Below are positions 51,973 through 62,140 of a DNA stretch of 64,000 nt, piece after piece (position 1 is the stretch's first letter; each line of letters starts with the position of its first letter). The position numbers and the translations under genes were made by a program. The stretch comes from Minisyncoccota bacterium (GTDB taxonomy: Bacteria; Patescibacteriota; Minisyncoccia; Phycocordibacterales; UBA9973), in the NCBI GenBank assembly GCA_031291825.1, contig JARLIG010000009.1, positions 983 to 64,982 of the forward strand, given 5' to 3'. The notes beneath the pieces were generated by a model. The model did not search any database. It was given only the letters and a program-made list of their open reading frames with translations, and was not told the origin of the DNA.

Positions 51973-53031
51973 CTAGATGAGGCGTTCCAATCCTTTTGGA
52001 TTAAGTGAATATTGATAAGCATTTTCAATGGAAATTTCTCCAGCACGGACCAAGTCTAACAATGAGTGGTTTAAATCCACCATACCAAACTCCATTCCTG
52101 TTTCAATAACCACGTCTATTTCATGTGTTCTTTTTTCACGGATTAAATTCGCTACTGCATTGTTGTTCAATAAAAGTTCATAAGCAGGTACTAATCCTCC
52201 AGCAATTCTAGGAATAAGTCTCTGAGAAAAAATACCCAGGAGTGACGCAGCAAGCTCTGTGCGAATTTGGTCTTGTTGACTGCCTGGGAACGAATCGATA
52301 ATTCGATCTATCGTTTGTGCCGCTGTGTTGGTATGCAAAGTAGAAATTACAAGGTGTCCTGTTTCAGCGGCGGTGACTGCCGTCGAAATAGTTTCAGGAT
52401 TTCTCATTTCACCAATCAAAATAACATTCACATCCTCACGAAAAACTTCCTTGAGAGCTATGTGAAAATCTTTAGTATCAATACCGACTTCACGTTGATT
52501 GATAATGGATTTATTTGGCACATAGATATGTTCAATCGGGTCTTCGATAGTAATAATATGACGCGCCTGTTCATTGTTTATCAGATTAACCATTGCTGAC
52601 AAAGTGGTTGATTTACCTTGTCCTACTGGTCCAACCACTAAAAAGAATCCTTGTTTTTTTCTAGACAAATCAGCTAAAATTTTAGGCAAACGAAGTTCTT
52701 CTAAGGTTTGAACTTTTGGGACCAATCGAAAAACCATATTGACTAAACCTTTTTGGAAAAACGCATTACCACGAAGTCTGGCTTCTCCTTTATAATCATA
52801 AGAAAAATCAGCTTCTTGGTTTTCTTTAAAGTTTTCAATTTTTTTCTTATCTAAAATAATAGATAAAAATCCCAGCATGTCTTCCTGAGTTAAGACTGGA
52901 CGTTTGACGAGAAATATTAGTTCCCCCATAACCCGAATAGCAGGAACTCTCCCAGCACCCAGATGTAAATCAGAACCATTCTCTCGAATAACATTTAAAA
53001 CAAGGTCTTCAAATTCTTTTTTATAGTCCAT
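51973..53031 (-). CDS. pilT: Twitching-motility/retraction ATPase PilT
   Basis: Walker A GPVGQGKSTT, Asp box, HIS box (TLHTN), 352 aa. Confidence 0.88.
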   Translation of the reverse strand: MDYKKEFEDLVLNVIRENGSDLHLGAGRVPAIRVMGELIFLVKRPVLTQEDMLGFLSIILDKKKIENFKENQEADFSYDYKGEARLRGNAFFQKGLVNMVFRLVPKVQTLEELRLPKILADLSRKKQGFFLVVGPVGQGKSTTLSAMVNLINNEQARHIITIEDPIEHIYVPNKSIINQREVGIDTKDFHIALKEVFREDVNVILIGEMRNPETISTAVTAAETGHLVISTLHTNTAAQTIDRIIDSFPGSQQDQIRTELAASLLGIFSQRLIPRIAGGLVPAYELLLNNNAVANLIREKRTHEIDVVIETGMEFGMVDLNHSLLDLVRAGEISIENAYQYSLNPKGLERLI

Positions 53032-53038
53032 AATTTTT

Positions 53039-53443
53039 TTATTTACTTACCTGAACAATTTTTTTTTCTAAAATTTTTACAACTTGCTCAATAACTTCAG
53101 TCGGGGTGGAGTTCGCTTTTACGATATATCCCGATACTCCCAATCTATTCCCTTCGTCAATATCTGATTGCTGACTTTTGTTTGATAAAACTATTTTTAT
53201 GCAATTAGTGCATAAATTTTCCTTATTGATTTGACTCAGCATTTCAAAACCATCCATATCTGGCATAATCACATCCATCAACATCACATCAGGAGCAAGT
53301 CCACCTTTTAATTTTTCTATAGCTTGCAAAGCACCAGGAGCAGCGTAAACCTCAAAGTTATTTTGGCTGAATTTGAGCGCATACATATCCAAGAGAAAGC
53401 TATCATCATCGACTATTAAAATTTTCTTTTTTTCTCCTTCCAT
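53039..53443 (-). CDS. Single-domain CheY-like response regulator (PilH/PilG-like) within the pilus locus
   Basis: KILIVDDD...DVMLMDVIMPDMDG receiver motifs with the phospho-acceptor Asp; no output domain. Confidence 0.75.
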   Translation of the reverse strand: MEGEKKKILIVDDDSFLLDMYALKFSQNNFEVYAAPGALQAIEKLKGGLAPDVMLMDVIMPDMDGFEMLSQINKENLCTNCIKIVLSNKSQQSDIDEGNRLGVSGYIVKANSTPTEVIEQVVKILEKKIVQVSK

Positions 53444-53458
53444 AGTATCTATTATACA

Positions 53459-55201
53459 CTATTCATTTTCGCTATTAAAGTTATAAACTTCTGTAAACGG
53501 TATAACTCCAGCTAATGATTTAAACATTGCATCCTCTCTCATCATTAACATTCCTTTAATACGAGCCACCTTATAAATAGCTTCATTGGTCGGATTTTTT
53601 AAAATAACCTGTTGCATTTCTTTATCGATTTTAAACATTTCAAAAATAGCCACGCGTCCTCGGGTGCCAGAAGGACATTCTCCAGATGGAACGGTCTCAT
53701 ACATTTCATTACCAATTGTCGGCCTGAATTGTTCTGGTAAGTCTTCTAGCTGTTTTTCAATCTGAACTTTAATAGTCGGGTCTAGAGGAACAAGTTTACG
53801 AGAAGAGGCGCAAGTCAATCTGGCTAAACGTTGCGCAATAGAAACAATCAAGGTTGGTGCAATTAGATATGGGTCAACTCCCATGTCGACAAGTCTAGGA
53901 ATGGCGCCGATGGCGGAATTGGTGTGCAGCGTCGAAAGCACAAGATGTCCAGTTAGAGCCGCCTGAATGGCAAGTTGAGCTGTTTCCTTGTCACGTATTT
54001 CTCCAACCATGATTACATCTGGGTCCTGACGAAGAATCGAGCGCAGTCCAGAAGCAAAAGTGTAACCTATTTCAGGCATCATCTGTGACTGATTGATATC
54101 TGGCATGTGGTATTCCACTGGGTCTTCTAAGGAAACAATGTTACTTCTTTCTTTATCAAGCGCGTTCATCATAGAATACAAGGTAGTTGATTTTCCCGAA
54201 CCTGTCGGACCAGTAATAAGAATAAGTCCATATGGCTTTTTAATTGCTTCTTTAACGATATCTAAGTTAACTTTAGAAAGACCAAGTTGGTCGAGAGGCT
54301 TTACTCCTTTTTCGGAATCCAAAATACGCATAACAATCTTTTCGCCATAATAAGATGGCATTGTCGAAACACGAAAATCAATTTTTCTGCCATCGATATT
54401 TGCACTAAAAGAACCGTCTTGCGGTTTACGTTTTTCGTCTAATCGAAGTTTGGATAAAATTTTTATACGAGCGACAATCCCATTGTACACACTTGATGGC
54501 AAAACAATGGATGTATGCAACGAACCATCCACACGAAAACGCACTTTTACTTTTTCTCCGGTATATTCAATATGTATATCAGAAGCGCCTCCTTCCAGTG
54601 CAGTACGTAGGATAACCGCAACAATTTTTATAACTGGCGCAGTTTCAGTGATTTTTTCTTCTTCCTTTGATTTTATATTTTTGATTTCTTTACTTAAACT
54701 TTCTTCGCTGACACCTTTGATGTTAGAGATTTCTTCCTGATTTAATTCATTAAGAGATTCTTCAACTTGACTACCCAAGCCTTTATAGCTCTGCATTATT
54801 TTTTCATAGTCACCTTGTGAAATCAAAAAAACTTTAAAAGGAATGCCTATCTTGGAAGAAATAAATTGCAACGCATCCATGGCTTGTATGTCTTCTGGGT
54901 CCGTTACTCCCACCTCCAATACTCCGTCTTTTAACTCAAGTGGAGTAAAATGATAATGTGTAGCTGAATCTTCAGAAATATACTTCAACGCATTAAAAGA
55001 CATCTCTTCAAGATTTACATGTTTTACTGGCAAATTCAAATACTCCCCTCTTATTTCAAGAATTTTTTCTTCTGGCAAGCCAGACTCAACTAGTACTTTT
55101 TCAATATCTCCGTTGAAATTTTCCTTGGCGCGATTTTTAATCTCAGCTATTTGGCTTGTTTTAATTAAACCTCTTTTAGCTAATTCTTCTAAGAAACTCA
55201 T
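53459..55201 (-). CDS. pilB: Type IV pilus assembly ATPase PilB (GspE family)
   Basis: N-terminal GSPII domain, Walker A ITGPTGSGKSTT, tetracysteine-like CPSGTRGR region. Confidence 0.9.
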   Translation of the reverse strand: MSFLEELAKRGLIKTSQIAEIKNRAKENFNGDIEKVLVESGLPEEKILEIRGEYLNLPVKHVNLEEMSFNALKYISEDSATHYHFTPLELKDGVLEVGVTDPEDIQAMDALQFISSKIGIPFKVFLISQGDYEKIMQSYKGLGSQVEESLNELNQEEISNIKGVSEESLSKEIKNIKSKEEEKITETAPVIKIVAVILRTALEGGASDIHIEYTGEKVKVRFRVDGSLHTSIVLPSSVYNGIVARIKILSKLRLDEKRKPQDGSFSANIDGRKIDFRVSTMPSYYGEKIVMRILDSEKGVKPLDQLGLSKVNLDIVKEAIKKPYGLILITGPTGSGKSTTLYSMMNALDKERSNIVSLEDPVEYHMPDINQSQMMPEIGYTFASGLRSILRQDPDVIMVGEIRDKETAQLAIQAALTGHLVLSTLHTNSAIGAIPRLVDMGVDPYLIAPTLIVSIAQRLARLTCASSRKLVPLDPTIKVQIEKQLEDLPEQFRPTIGNEMYETVPSGECPSGTRGRVAIFEMFKIDKEMQQVILKNPTNEAIYKVARIKGMLMMREDAMFKSLAGVIPFTEVYNFNSENE

Positions 55202-55215
55202 AATTTAATTGGGTG

Positions 55216-55638
55216 TTAATGACTAGTAGGTGGGGGTGTCGTCGTTACAGTGGGTGTCGCAGGAGAAGCAGGTGTAGTCGGCGCAGTAGTATCACCTACT
55301 CCAAATTCCGCAAACGGGTCTGGCCGACCAACAGTAGCATCTGGCGTAAGCGTAACACTAGAATCATGCAAGCTGGTAAAAGCTGGATCAGAAAAAATAC
55401 CAACATCTAGTTTTATGGTTCTAACACTAGATAATAAATTAAGGAAATTTTGAGCAACGACAGTGCCATCAGCAGTATTAGTACCCGTAGTTGAACCACT
55501 GGTATCCGTGGTTGTTCCAGACGAAGAAACTATCGTAGCTTGGTTGTTATTAAGTGAAGGCTTAACAAAAAATATGTAGACCAAAATTAGTACGGCTGCA
55601 ATTGCTACAAATATTATAATGTTTCTGATTTTTGGCAT
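55216..55638 (-). CDS. PilP-like small membrane-anchored pilus protein with a Thr/Pro-rich C-terminus (tentative)
   Basis: Single N-terminal TM; positioned between pilO and pilB; low-complexity TTPASPATPTVTTTPPP tail. Confidence 0.35.
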   Translation of the reverse strand: MPKIRNIIIFVAIAAVLILVYIFFVKPSLNNNQATIVSSSGTTTDTSGSTTGTNTADGTVVAQNFLNLLSSVRTIKLDVGIFSDPAFTSLHDSSVTLTPDATVGRPDPFAEFGVGDTTAPTTPASPATPTVTTTPPPTSH

Positions 55639-55643
55639 TTTTT

Positions 55644-56264
55644 TTAACTATTTAACCAATAAGTTTGAATATTAAAATCATATGTATAACTTGGAGAAGA
55701 GGTGGCAGATTTTGGCCCAGTCGTTGTTGCCGTAGCAGACGAAAATGAAATTGAAGATATGTCCACAATTCTAAGGTTACTTTCTAAGCTTTTAGTAAAA
55801 GCAATAAAATTATCATAGGTGCCTGATGTAGAAAATCCTAAATTAAAAGTTCCGTAACCTTGCGTCTGACTAGCCGGCTGGGTAATAGCTCCTCCTCCCG
55901 ATGCGGCGGCGGTTCCAGTTGCCGCTGTCGGTGTATTTGAATCATACTTCACGTCACTCAATTGCATGCCATAAGTTGAAGCGATTTGTTGTATTTCTAA
56001 AATTAAACGAATATTGTTAATATCATCCGGTAAAAGTGTTTGTAACTTTGCTAAGTTATCTGGATCAATACTATTATATGTAGCAGTTAGTTGGTCTCTT
56101 TCTTTTTGCAGTTGCGTCGAGGTATCTAGCGCCTGATTATAAGAATTAATCTGCGCCTGCAATGCAGTTATGCCATTCGCACCAGAATACATCGGATTGG
56201 TAACCACGAAAAAGAACGCAATCGCGATTCCTGTTAAAATAATTGGCATAATAAATTTCATCAT
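55644..56264 (-). CDS. pilO: PilO-like pilus inner-membrane alignment protein
   Basis: N-terminal TM + coiled coil + C-terminal domain; position in the pilMNO order. Confidence 0.55.
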   Translation of the reverse strand: MMKFIMPIILTGIAIAFFFVVTNPMYSGANGITALQAQINSYNQALDTSTQLQKERDQLTATYNSIDPDNLAKLQTLLPDDINNIRLILEIQQIASTYGMQLSDVKYDSNTPTAATGTAAASGGGAITQPASQTQGYGTFNLGFSTSGTYDNFIAFTKSLESNLRIVDISSISFSSATATTTGPKSATSSPSYTYDFNIQTYWLNS

Positions 56265-56269
56265 AAAGT

Positions 56270-56914
56270 TTAACTTGGTGTGGCGGCTAAGGTTTGTTTA
56301 TAATTAACAAAAGAAGGAACGACATAAAACTCTAAATCAAAAGTAATATTTCCAGAACTGTCTACTGTCAGATTTGAAAAAACAGGATTAATAAAATTTT
56401 TATCCTGAGAAAATAAATCCGACTCAAGAGCAATAGATCGATAGTCAATTGCGGTACCAGACATTTTAACATCTATATTACCAGAAGTTCCTGTTCTGGC
56501 ATCTCCAGCTGCGGAAGCAGTTGCTGCGCCTGCTCCCGAACTTAAGGTATAACCAAACTGAGTGTAACGAATCGTATGCATCGTTATATTTTCAAGCTCA
56601 GTAAAAATCGGACTAACAGCTATGTGATTATCTAAAACTTCTGTGGCAGCATTTAAGCGCTTATCTAAAAGCTGTAATTCGGATATTTTTGTGGGCTCGA
56701 AGCTATTTTGAGCATTATTGAGACTAGTTTGCAAACTTACTATTTTATTTTCCAGACTTTTCTTGTAAAAGAAAATTCCACCTGTTCCAATAAGAACAAT
56801 AAACAAAATTGCGATAGCAGCAATCATAAATATACCAATGGGTTGCGATGAAGTAACTCGCTCTTCGACAATTGGCTTTTTAGGTATAAATGATGTTTGA
56901 AAATTTTGATCCAT
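56270..56914 (-). CDS. pilN: PilN-like pilus inner-membrane alignment protein
   Basis: Short cytoplasmic N-terminus, TM, periplasmic coiled coil; follows pilM. Confidence 0.55.
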   Translation of the reverse strand: MDQNFQTSFIPKKPIVEERVTSSQPIGIFMIAAIAILFIVLIGTGGIFFYKKSLENKIVSLQTSLNNAQNSFEPTKISELQLLDKRLNAATEVLDNHIAVSPIFTELENITMHTIRYTQFGYTLSSGAGAATASAAGDARTGTSGNIDVKMSGTAIDYRSIALESDLFSQDKNFINPVFSNLTVDSSGNITFDLEFYVVPSFVNYKQTLAATPS

Positions 56915-56995
56915 CTTACCCTATTATTATATTACAAAAACAACTTTTAATGAAGCAAATTGTGTATAACTTTGATTACTATTGATAATTTTAGG

Positions 56996-58135
56996 TTATT
57001 GCAATTTTCGCAATGCTGCACCTAGAGCCACAGCAAATTCTGGTCCCATGTTATCCAATACTTTTTCCAAAAATTCAGGGGCGCCAACTTTAGAAAATGG
57101 ATGGCCTATTTCGATTTCCGCTTGAAAATTATTTACTGCAATTTCTTTGAGCCCCTTCAAAAGACAACCTCCCCCAGTTAAGATAACTTTACTGATAGTG
57201 CGGTCATATCTCTTTTCATATCCCAATAAAACATTATTTGCTTCAGAAAAAATATAATCAATGTGCAATTTGATAATATCACTTAGGCTTTTTTCGGTGG
57301 GACTACCAAAAAATCCAAATTCTTTTTTCATTTTTTCCGCCTCCACAAAAGGAATATTCAGGGATTTTGAAATGGAATTAGAAATATCAGCGCCTCCTCT
57401 TTCTATTGTATGGTAACTTTTGACTAAACCAAATTCAACGATGGACAACTTGGTGCGTGATGCTCCAAAATCCATCAACAAAACTGGAGATAGTTCGTGT
57501 TCAAAATTTGCCCGAATCGAAGAAAATATTTCAATCTCAAAAAAAGAAGCTTCCAGTCCACATTGTGAAACAATTGAACGATATTTTGCAACTGCATCAT
57601 TCTGGGTTGCTACAACTAGCACATTTATTTTTTCTACTTTTTCTACCGATGGATCAACATTGGTTGTATCTGCATTGAGTTCAGAAAAGGATGCTTCCTT
57701 TTTTGGTAAAATAAAATAATCGATTGAAACCTCGGTGATTGGAACTGGAATATACTTGCGAGCTTCGGTTGGAACAATTGCAGCTATTTCAGCCGCGCCG
57801 ACTTGAGCTGGAAGTTCAATGGTAAAAATTAAACTAGATTGGACTGGAATCGCGATAGCTAAAGGATTGTTCGTTACGTCCGACTGCTTAAGAACTTCTT
57901 TTAAAGCCAACACAACTTTTTCGATCGGAAGATTGGTGACACGTCCAGCTTCAAGGTCACTATAAGGACCAAGCGCAATGGCGCCATAAGTTTCTAGCAT
58001 AGCCTTACCTCCTTTTTTCTTGATTTCCACAACCTTGATAGCTGAAGAACCAATATCAACACCAATAGCGCTATCTCCACTACCTTTATTTTTTGACAAG
58101 CCAGAAAGAATGTTCTTCAGAAAATTATTATTCAT
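56996..58135 (-). CDS. pilM: Type IV pilus assembly ATPase-fold protein PilM (actin/FtsA-like)
   Basis: IGVDIGSSAIKVVEI... actin-like fold. Start moved to MNNNFLK at 58135, because the longer ORF (to 58351) overlaps comFC and encodes a non-homologous extension. Confidence 0.8.
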   Translation of the reverse strand: MNNNFLKNILSGLSKNKGSGDSAIGVDIGSSAIKVVEIKKKGGKAMLETYGAIALGPYSDLEAGRVTNLPIEKVVLALKEVLKQSDVTNNPLAIAIPVQSSLIFTIELPAQVGAAEIAAIVPTEARKYIPVPITEVSIDYFILPKKEASFSELNADTTNVDPSVEKVEKINVLVVATQNDAVAKYRSIVSQCGLEASFFEIEIFSSIRANFEHELSPVLLMDFGASRTKLSIVEFGLVKSYHTIERGGADISNSISKSLNIPFVEAEKMKKEFGFFGSPTEKSLSDIIKLHIDYIFSEANNVLLGYEKRYDRTISKVILTGGGCLLKGLKEIAVNNFQAEIEIGHPFSKVGAPEFLEKVLDNMGPEFAVALGAALRKLQ

Positions 58136-58232
58136 TGTATTTTGTGCTAAAATTATACCATAAACCTGTCCCGTTAGAAATACATATGATTCTAATAAAC
58201 CACAAAACATTATTAATAAAATTTCTAATGGG

Positions 58233-58913
58233 ATGGGATTTTTAAACACCATATTAGACAGCATATTGGATATAGTTTTTCCGACTAAGTGTATCTTCTG
58301 CGGTAAAAAGAATGCGGACTTGTGTAGAGAGTGTTTAATCGACATACCCAACGCCGAACGTGAAAGTGCTAAATGGATTTTCCCGCTCTATGACTACCGT
58401 AATCCAATTATTAAAAAATCTTTATGGATGCTTAAGTATAATGGGAAGAGACGCTTGGCAAAAATTTTTGCAGCACAAATTTATGAGAATATGATGGAAG
58501 AATTGTCCGAGCTAGCTATTTTGGAAAATTTTCACGATATAATTATTATACCTATTCCCCTTTCCAACAAAAGATACCGTGAACGCGGATTCAATCAAGC
58601 ACAATTAATTTGTGAGGAATTAATAAAAATTAATGGCTCGCGAAAAGCTCTTGCTTTTAAATTAGAAAATAATATTTTAATCAAACCGAAAGAAACCGAG
58701 CACCAAGCACGCATTAAAGATAGAAACCTAAGACTAAAAAATATTATTGGCTCCTTCGCTATAAAAAATACTGAGGCGACGGAGTTGATAAAGAATAAAA
58801 ATATAATTTTAATCGATGACGTTACTACCACGGGCGCAACCCTAGCTGAAGCTAAAAAAATTCTAAGACAATCCGGTGCGCGAAAAGTTATCGCGTTCAC
58901 AGTAGCACACTAA
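58233..58913 (+). CDS. comFC: ComF-family competence protein (ComFC; zinc finger + phosphoribosyltransferase domain)
   Basis: CIFCGK..CRECL zinc finger and the PRTase motif IILIDDVTTTGATL. Confidence 0.8.
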   Translation: MGFLNTILDSILDIVFPTKCIFCGKKNADLCRECLIDIPNAERESAKWIFPLYDYRNPIIKKSLWMLKYNGKRRLAKIFAAQIYENMMEELSELAILENFHDIIIIPIPLSNKRYRERGFNQAQLICEELIKINGSRKALAFKLENNILIKPKETEHQARIKDRNLRLKNIIGSFAIKNTEATELIKNKNIILIDDVTTTGATLAEAKKILRQSGARKVIAFTVAH

Positions 58914-61294
58914 GCCAGCTTTCTTAAGAAGAACTTTTTTACCAAGAAATATTGCACAGCAATAAATATCAAGATTAGGAGTAATGCTCCACCGATAAAT
59001 CTAACCGGTGGATACGGAATTGTGATATTAAAAAAGTTTATCAAGAAAGGAACTTGCAGCGCTAAATAAAATACCAATAATTCAAATACTCCCAAATAGA
59101 GAAGTTGCTTCTTTTCTTTGGTGGTAATCGAACCACAGTATACATTTGTAGCAAAAAGTAAAAAGAAAAATCCAAAAATAATTAGAGCCAGTCCGACTAA
59201 AGTATTAGATGCAGCAACTTTTAAATATTCAGGACTAAAGGCAAAAACCAGTGCTGCCCCAACGGCCTCCACTACTCCACAAGCAAAAACTACTGGTAAA
59301 ACCCTTCTTAAAAAAGGCTTGTCGTTGGCAGGTAGTATTTTCCCCGAAGGGCGCAAGGCCCAATAAGAAATAAGGATGGTAGAAAATCCAACTGTGAAAT
59401 AGTTCATAAAAGTAATATTAAGCGGAGTGAATGGAAAAGAATATCCAAAAATACTTAAAATAATAAACAGAAATAATCCCGCAATACTTTGGTTGATATA
59501 AATACCTGAGCTGATTTCAATGCTACGAATAAAATGGTCTGCTAGCTCGACCGCTCCAGGTAAATCGGAAAAACTGTTCGTCATTAAGATAACATCCGCT
59601 AGTTGCCTAGTTACCGGCACACCATCAAACATCGCTATGCCAATGTCAGACTTTTTCATTGCCAAAGCATCATTAACTCCGTCTCCCACCATTGCCGTAA
59701 ATCCATCCTTTTTAAAAGCTTCCACTAGTTTCACTTTGTGTTCAGGTAAAACTTGCGCAAAGACAGTATACTTTTTGGCGCGCTCTCTAAAATCATCTTG
59801 ACTCCAAGTATCTAGTTCTTGCCCAGTCACTACATCATCTGCTCCATTTATTCCGACACTTTTTGCGACCGCAGCCACCGTTTTTAAATTATCACCAGAA
59901 AGAACACGTATGGTTATTCCTCTGTCCTGAAAAAATTTAATTGCGTCTTGTATTCCCTCTCGCAAGGTATTATGAAAAATAAAAATAGCAATGATCGAAA
60001 GATGTAACCCTTTTAAATCTTTAGGCAAACCAGATTCACTCGAGCGAGCGACACACAATACACGTTTTCCCAGTTGTGAATTTTCCTCGACGATATTTTC
60101 TAGCCATTTTTTTTCCACTGTATTAGAAACCTCTCCGAGCATGATATCTGGAGCGCCAATAAAGACCGATTGTAAAATATCTTTTTCTTTTATTTCTATG
60201 CCTCCAAAGCGACGCCAAGAAGAAAAAGACATCTTTTGAGTAACTTCTATTTTTTCTAAGTCTTGATTGTTGTTTTTATTTTCCAAATATTTTTTGACTG
60301 CCAAAATTGTTTCCGAAGAGTCGCTCAAGCTTGAAATACATAAAGAAGTAAGCATTCGAGCATATTCTTCGTTAAAGCCTTGCACTACGTGCATATCTTC
60401 GACTACCAGTTTATTGTCGGTCAACGTCCCTGTTTTATCAATGCAGATATTTTTTATTCTGCCTAATTTTTCTGTCGCATTTATTTCTTGAAAAAGAACA
60501 TTGCGTCGGGCATACGAAGCTGCGCCAATAGCGAACAACAAAGTTATAGCCACCGCGAGCCCTTGCGGCACAATTGTACTGGCTAAGGCTCCAGAAGAAG
60601 TAACTATCTCTAAACGCGGTATGTGCATTAAAATTCCCCGCACTACCACGAACACCAAAACCGCAATCAAGATATAGCCAGAATCTTTTATAACAATATT
60701 GGTCGCTTCTTGGATAGAACTTAAGTTGGTGGAATATTTTTTTACTTCCCCGGCAATTTTAGAAAGCCGACTGTCACGGAAAAGTCCTTGCGCTTCCATC
60801 ACGGCATCACCTGAAGTGATGATTGCTCCAGCGACAATTTTGTCATTTTCTTTCTTGGGAAAAGAATCTGACTCGCCAGTAATCAGCGCTTCGGATATTT
60901 CTAAATTATTGGAAGAGATTAAAACTCCATCACACGGCACTTGGTCGCCCAATTTTAATTTCAATAAATCACCTTTTACTATTTCTTCCGCTGGTACAAG
61001 TGTTTCGGTTGGACTTGTCCTGAGCGTAGTCGAAGGATTGATGCGTACCACTTTGAGAGCCGTCAACATCTGTAGTTTTTCCAAAAGCACTCGCGCGTGA
61101 ATATCTTGCGCAGTCGCAATAAAAGTATTCAATAAAAATATTACGCCTAAAAATAAACCCGCCTCAGGATTACCAAAAGCAAAAAGCAAAACCACCACAC
61201 AGAAAATAATTCCGTTGACTAAAACAAAAAAATTACGAAAAACAATCGGCCCGACAGAGGGCAACACTCGTCTGTAAAGTTCAAAATTCCGCAT
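58910..61294 (-). CDS. Cation-transporting P-type ATPase (P2/P3-type; Ca2+/Mg2+-type architecture)
   Basis: DKTGTLT phosphorylation site, TGES-like actuator (ITGESD), GDGVNDALAMKKSDIGIAM hinge, 8-10 TM helices. Confidence 0.85.
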   Translation of the reverse strand: MRNFELYRRVLPSVGPIVFRNFFVLVNGIIFCVVVLLFAFGNPEAGLFLGVIFLLNTFIATAQDIHARVLLEKLQMLTALKVVRINPSTTLRTSPTETLVPAEEIVKGDLLKLKLGDQVPCDGVLISSNNLEISEALITGESDSFPKKENDKIVAGAIITSGDAVMEAQGLFRDSRLSKIAGEVKKYSTNLSSIQEATNIVIKDSGYILIAVLVFVVVRGILMHIPRLEIVTSSGALASTIVPQGLAVAITLLFAIGAASYARRNVLFQEINATEKLGRIKNICIDKTGTLTDNKLVVEDMHVVQGFNEEYARMLTSLCISSLSDSSETILAVKKYLENKNNNQDLEKIEVTQKMSFSSWRRFGGIEIKEKDILQSVFIGAPDIMLGEVSNTVEKKWLENIVEENSQLGKRVLCVARSSESGLPKDLKGLHLSIIAIFIFHNTLREGIQDAIKFFQDRGITIRVLSGDNLKTVAAVAKSVGINGADDVVTGQELDTWSQDDFRERAKKYTVFAQVLPEHKVKLVEAFKKDGFTAMVGDGVNDALAMKKSDIGIAMFDGVPVTRQLADVILMTNSFSDLPGAVELADHFIRSIEISSGIYINQSIAGLFLFIILSIFGYSFPFTPLNITFMNYFTVGFSTILISYWALRPSGKILPANDKPFLRRVLPVVFACGVVEAVGAALVFAFSPEYLKVAASNTLVGLALIIFGFFFLLFATNVYCGSITTKEKKQLLYLGVFELLVFYLALQVPFLINFFNITIPYPPVRFIGGALLLILIFIAVQYFLVKKFFLRKLA

Positions 61295-61329
61295 AGTTCA
61301 TTATAACAGTAAAAAGTTTTTATAAAAAA

Positions 61330-61378
61330 GGCAAAATGAAAACCCTGACATGCGTTTCCACTTGTTCAGGGTTTGGGC
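61330..61378 (-). terminator. Intrinsic terminator after the GC-rich membrane-protein gene
   Basis: On the minus strand, aaaccctgaacaagtggaaacgcatgtcagggtttt is followed by cattttgcctttttta. Confidence 0.5.
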
Positions 61379-61441
61379 AAAGCATTCATTACACTTTGCC
61401 CGATGCGCTAGATTTTTTCGGTCCCTAGCTAGACCGGTTGG

Positions 61442-61990
61442 TTACTCATCCAGCTGTTTCATCTCATTGAGGTGAAACCCCAACGCATGGTAATTTCTCT
61501 GGTCGAGCCGATGCGTTAAGGTGTCATACACCACCAACCCAGCCCAGAGTAAAACAAGAAGAACAGTAGAGACCTTTTCCGGCAAGGTACCATTCAAGTA
61601 AATTATTGGGACTAGAGTGAGTCCCAAGTAACACAGCAACGGTGCTATTACCAGATGGTGGTAGCGGTCTGCCCACTGCTGAGGATGGTCTAACTGAAAC
61701 CAAACGAGACCAAGCAACGTGGCAATCGCAATGGCACAATCTTGATACTCAACACTATGCACCAATCCCGGCAAGAAAAACGGCCCGCGCTGAACGATAC
61801 CGGCTACCAGCAAAGCGACAACGATGAGTCCGCCGTCGCCGACCACCGCAGAGTAGGAGGTGTTGTAGTAAAGTCCTTCGCAGCGATCACGAAGAACAAA
61901 CAACGGCAGAAATGTCACTGCGTACATGAGAAGTCCCGTCATCCATATCGGCAATGTTGCGAACAACCAGTAAATTCCTTGTGCATGCAT
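61442..61990 (-). CDS. GC-rich (compositionally atypical) polytopic membrane protein, hypothetical
   Basis: 182 aa, 5-6 TM helices. Codon usage is rich in G/C third positions, unlike its neighbours. It has its own terminator. Confidence 0.5.
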   Translation of the reverse strand: MHAQGIYWLFATLPIWMTGLLMYAVTFLPLFVLRDRCEGLYYNTSYSAVVGDGGLIVVALLVAGIVQRGPFFLPGLVHSVEYQDCAIAIATLLGLVWFQLDHPQQWADRYHHLVIAPLLCYLGLTLVPIIYLNGTLPEKVSTVLLVLLWAGLVVYDTLTHRLDQRNYHALGFHLNEMKQLDE

Positions 61991-62140
61991 AAGGTCTCCT
62001 TAAAGACATGTTGTGAGCAAGGTTTCCCTCGCTCGGTTGAAGTTGAAAAAGAACATCCAAAGTCATTCATAATATAGCAGAAAATACATTATTTGTCAAT
62101 AGCAGGAAAAAGCTGAAAATACCCTATAATAGTTAAATAT

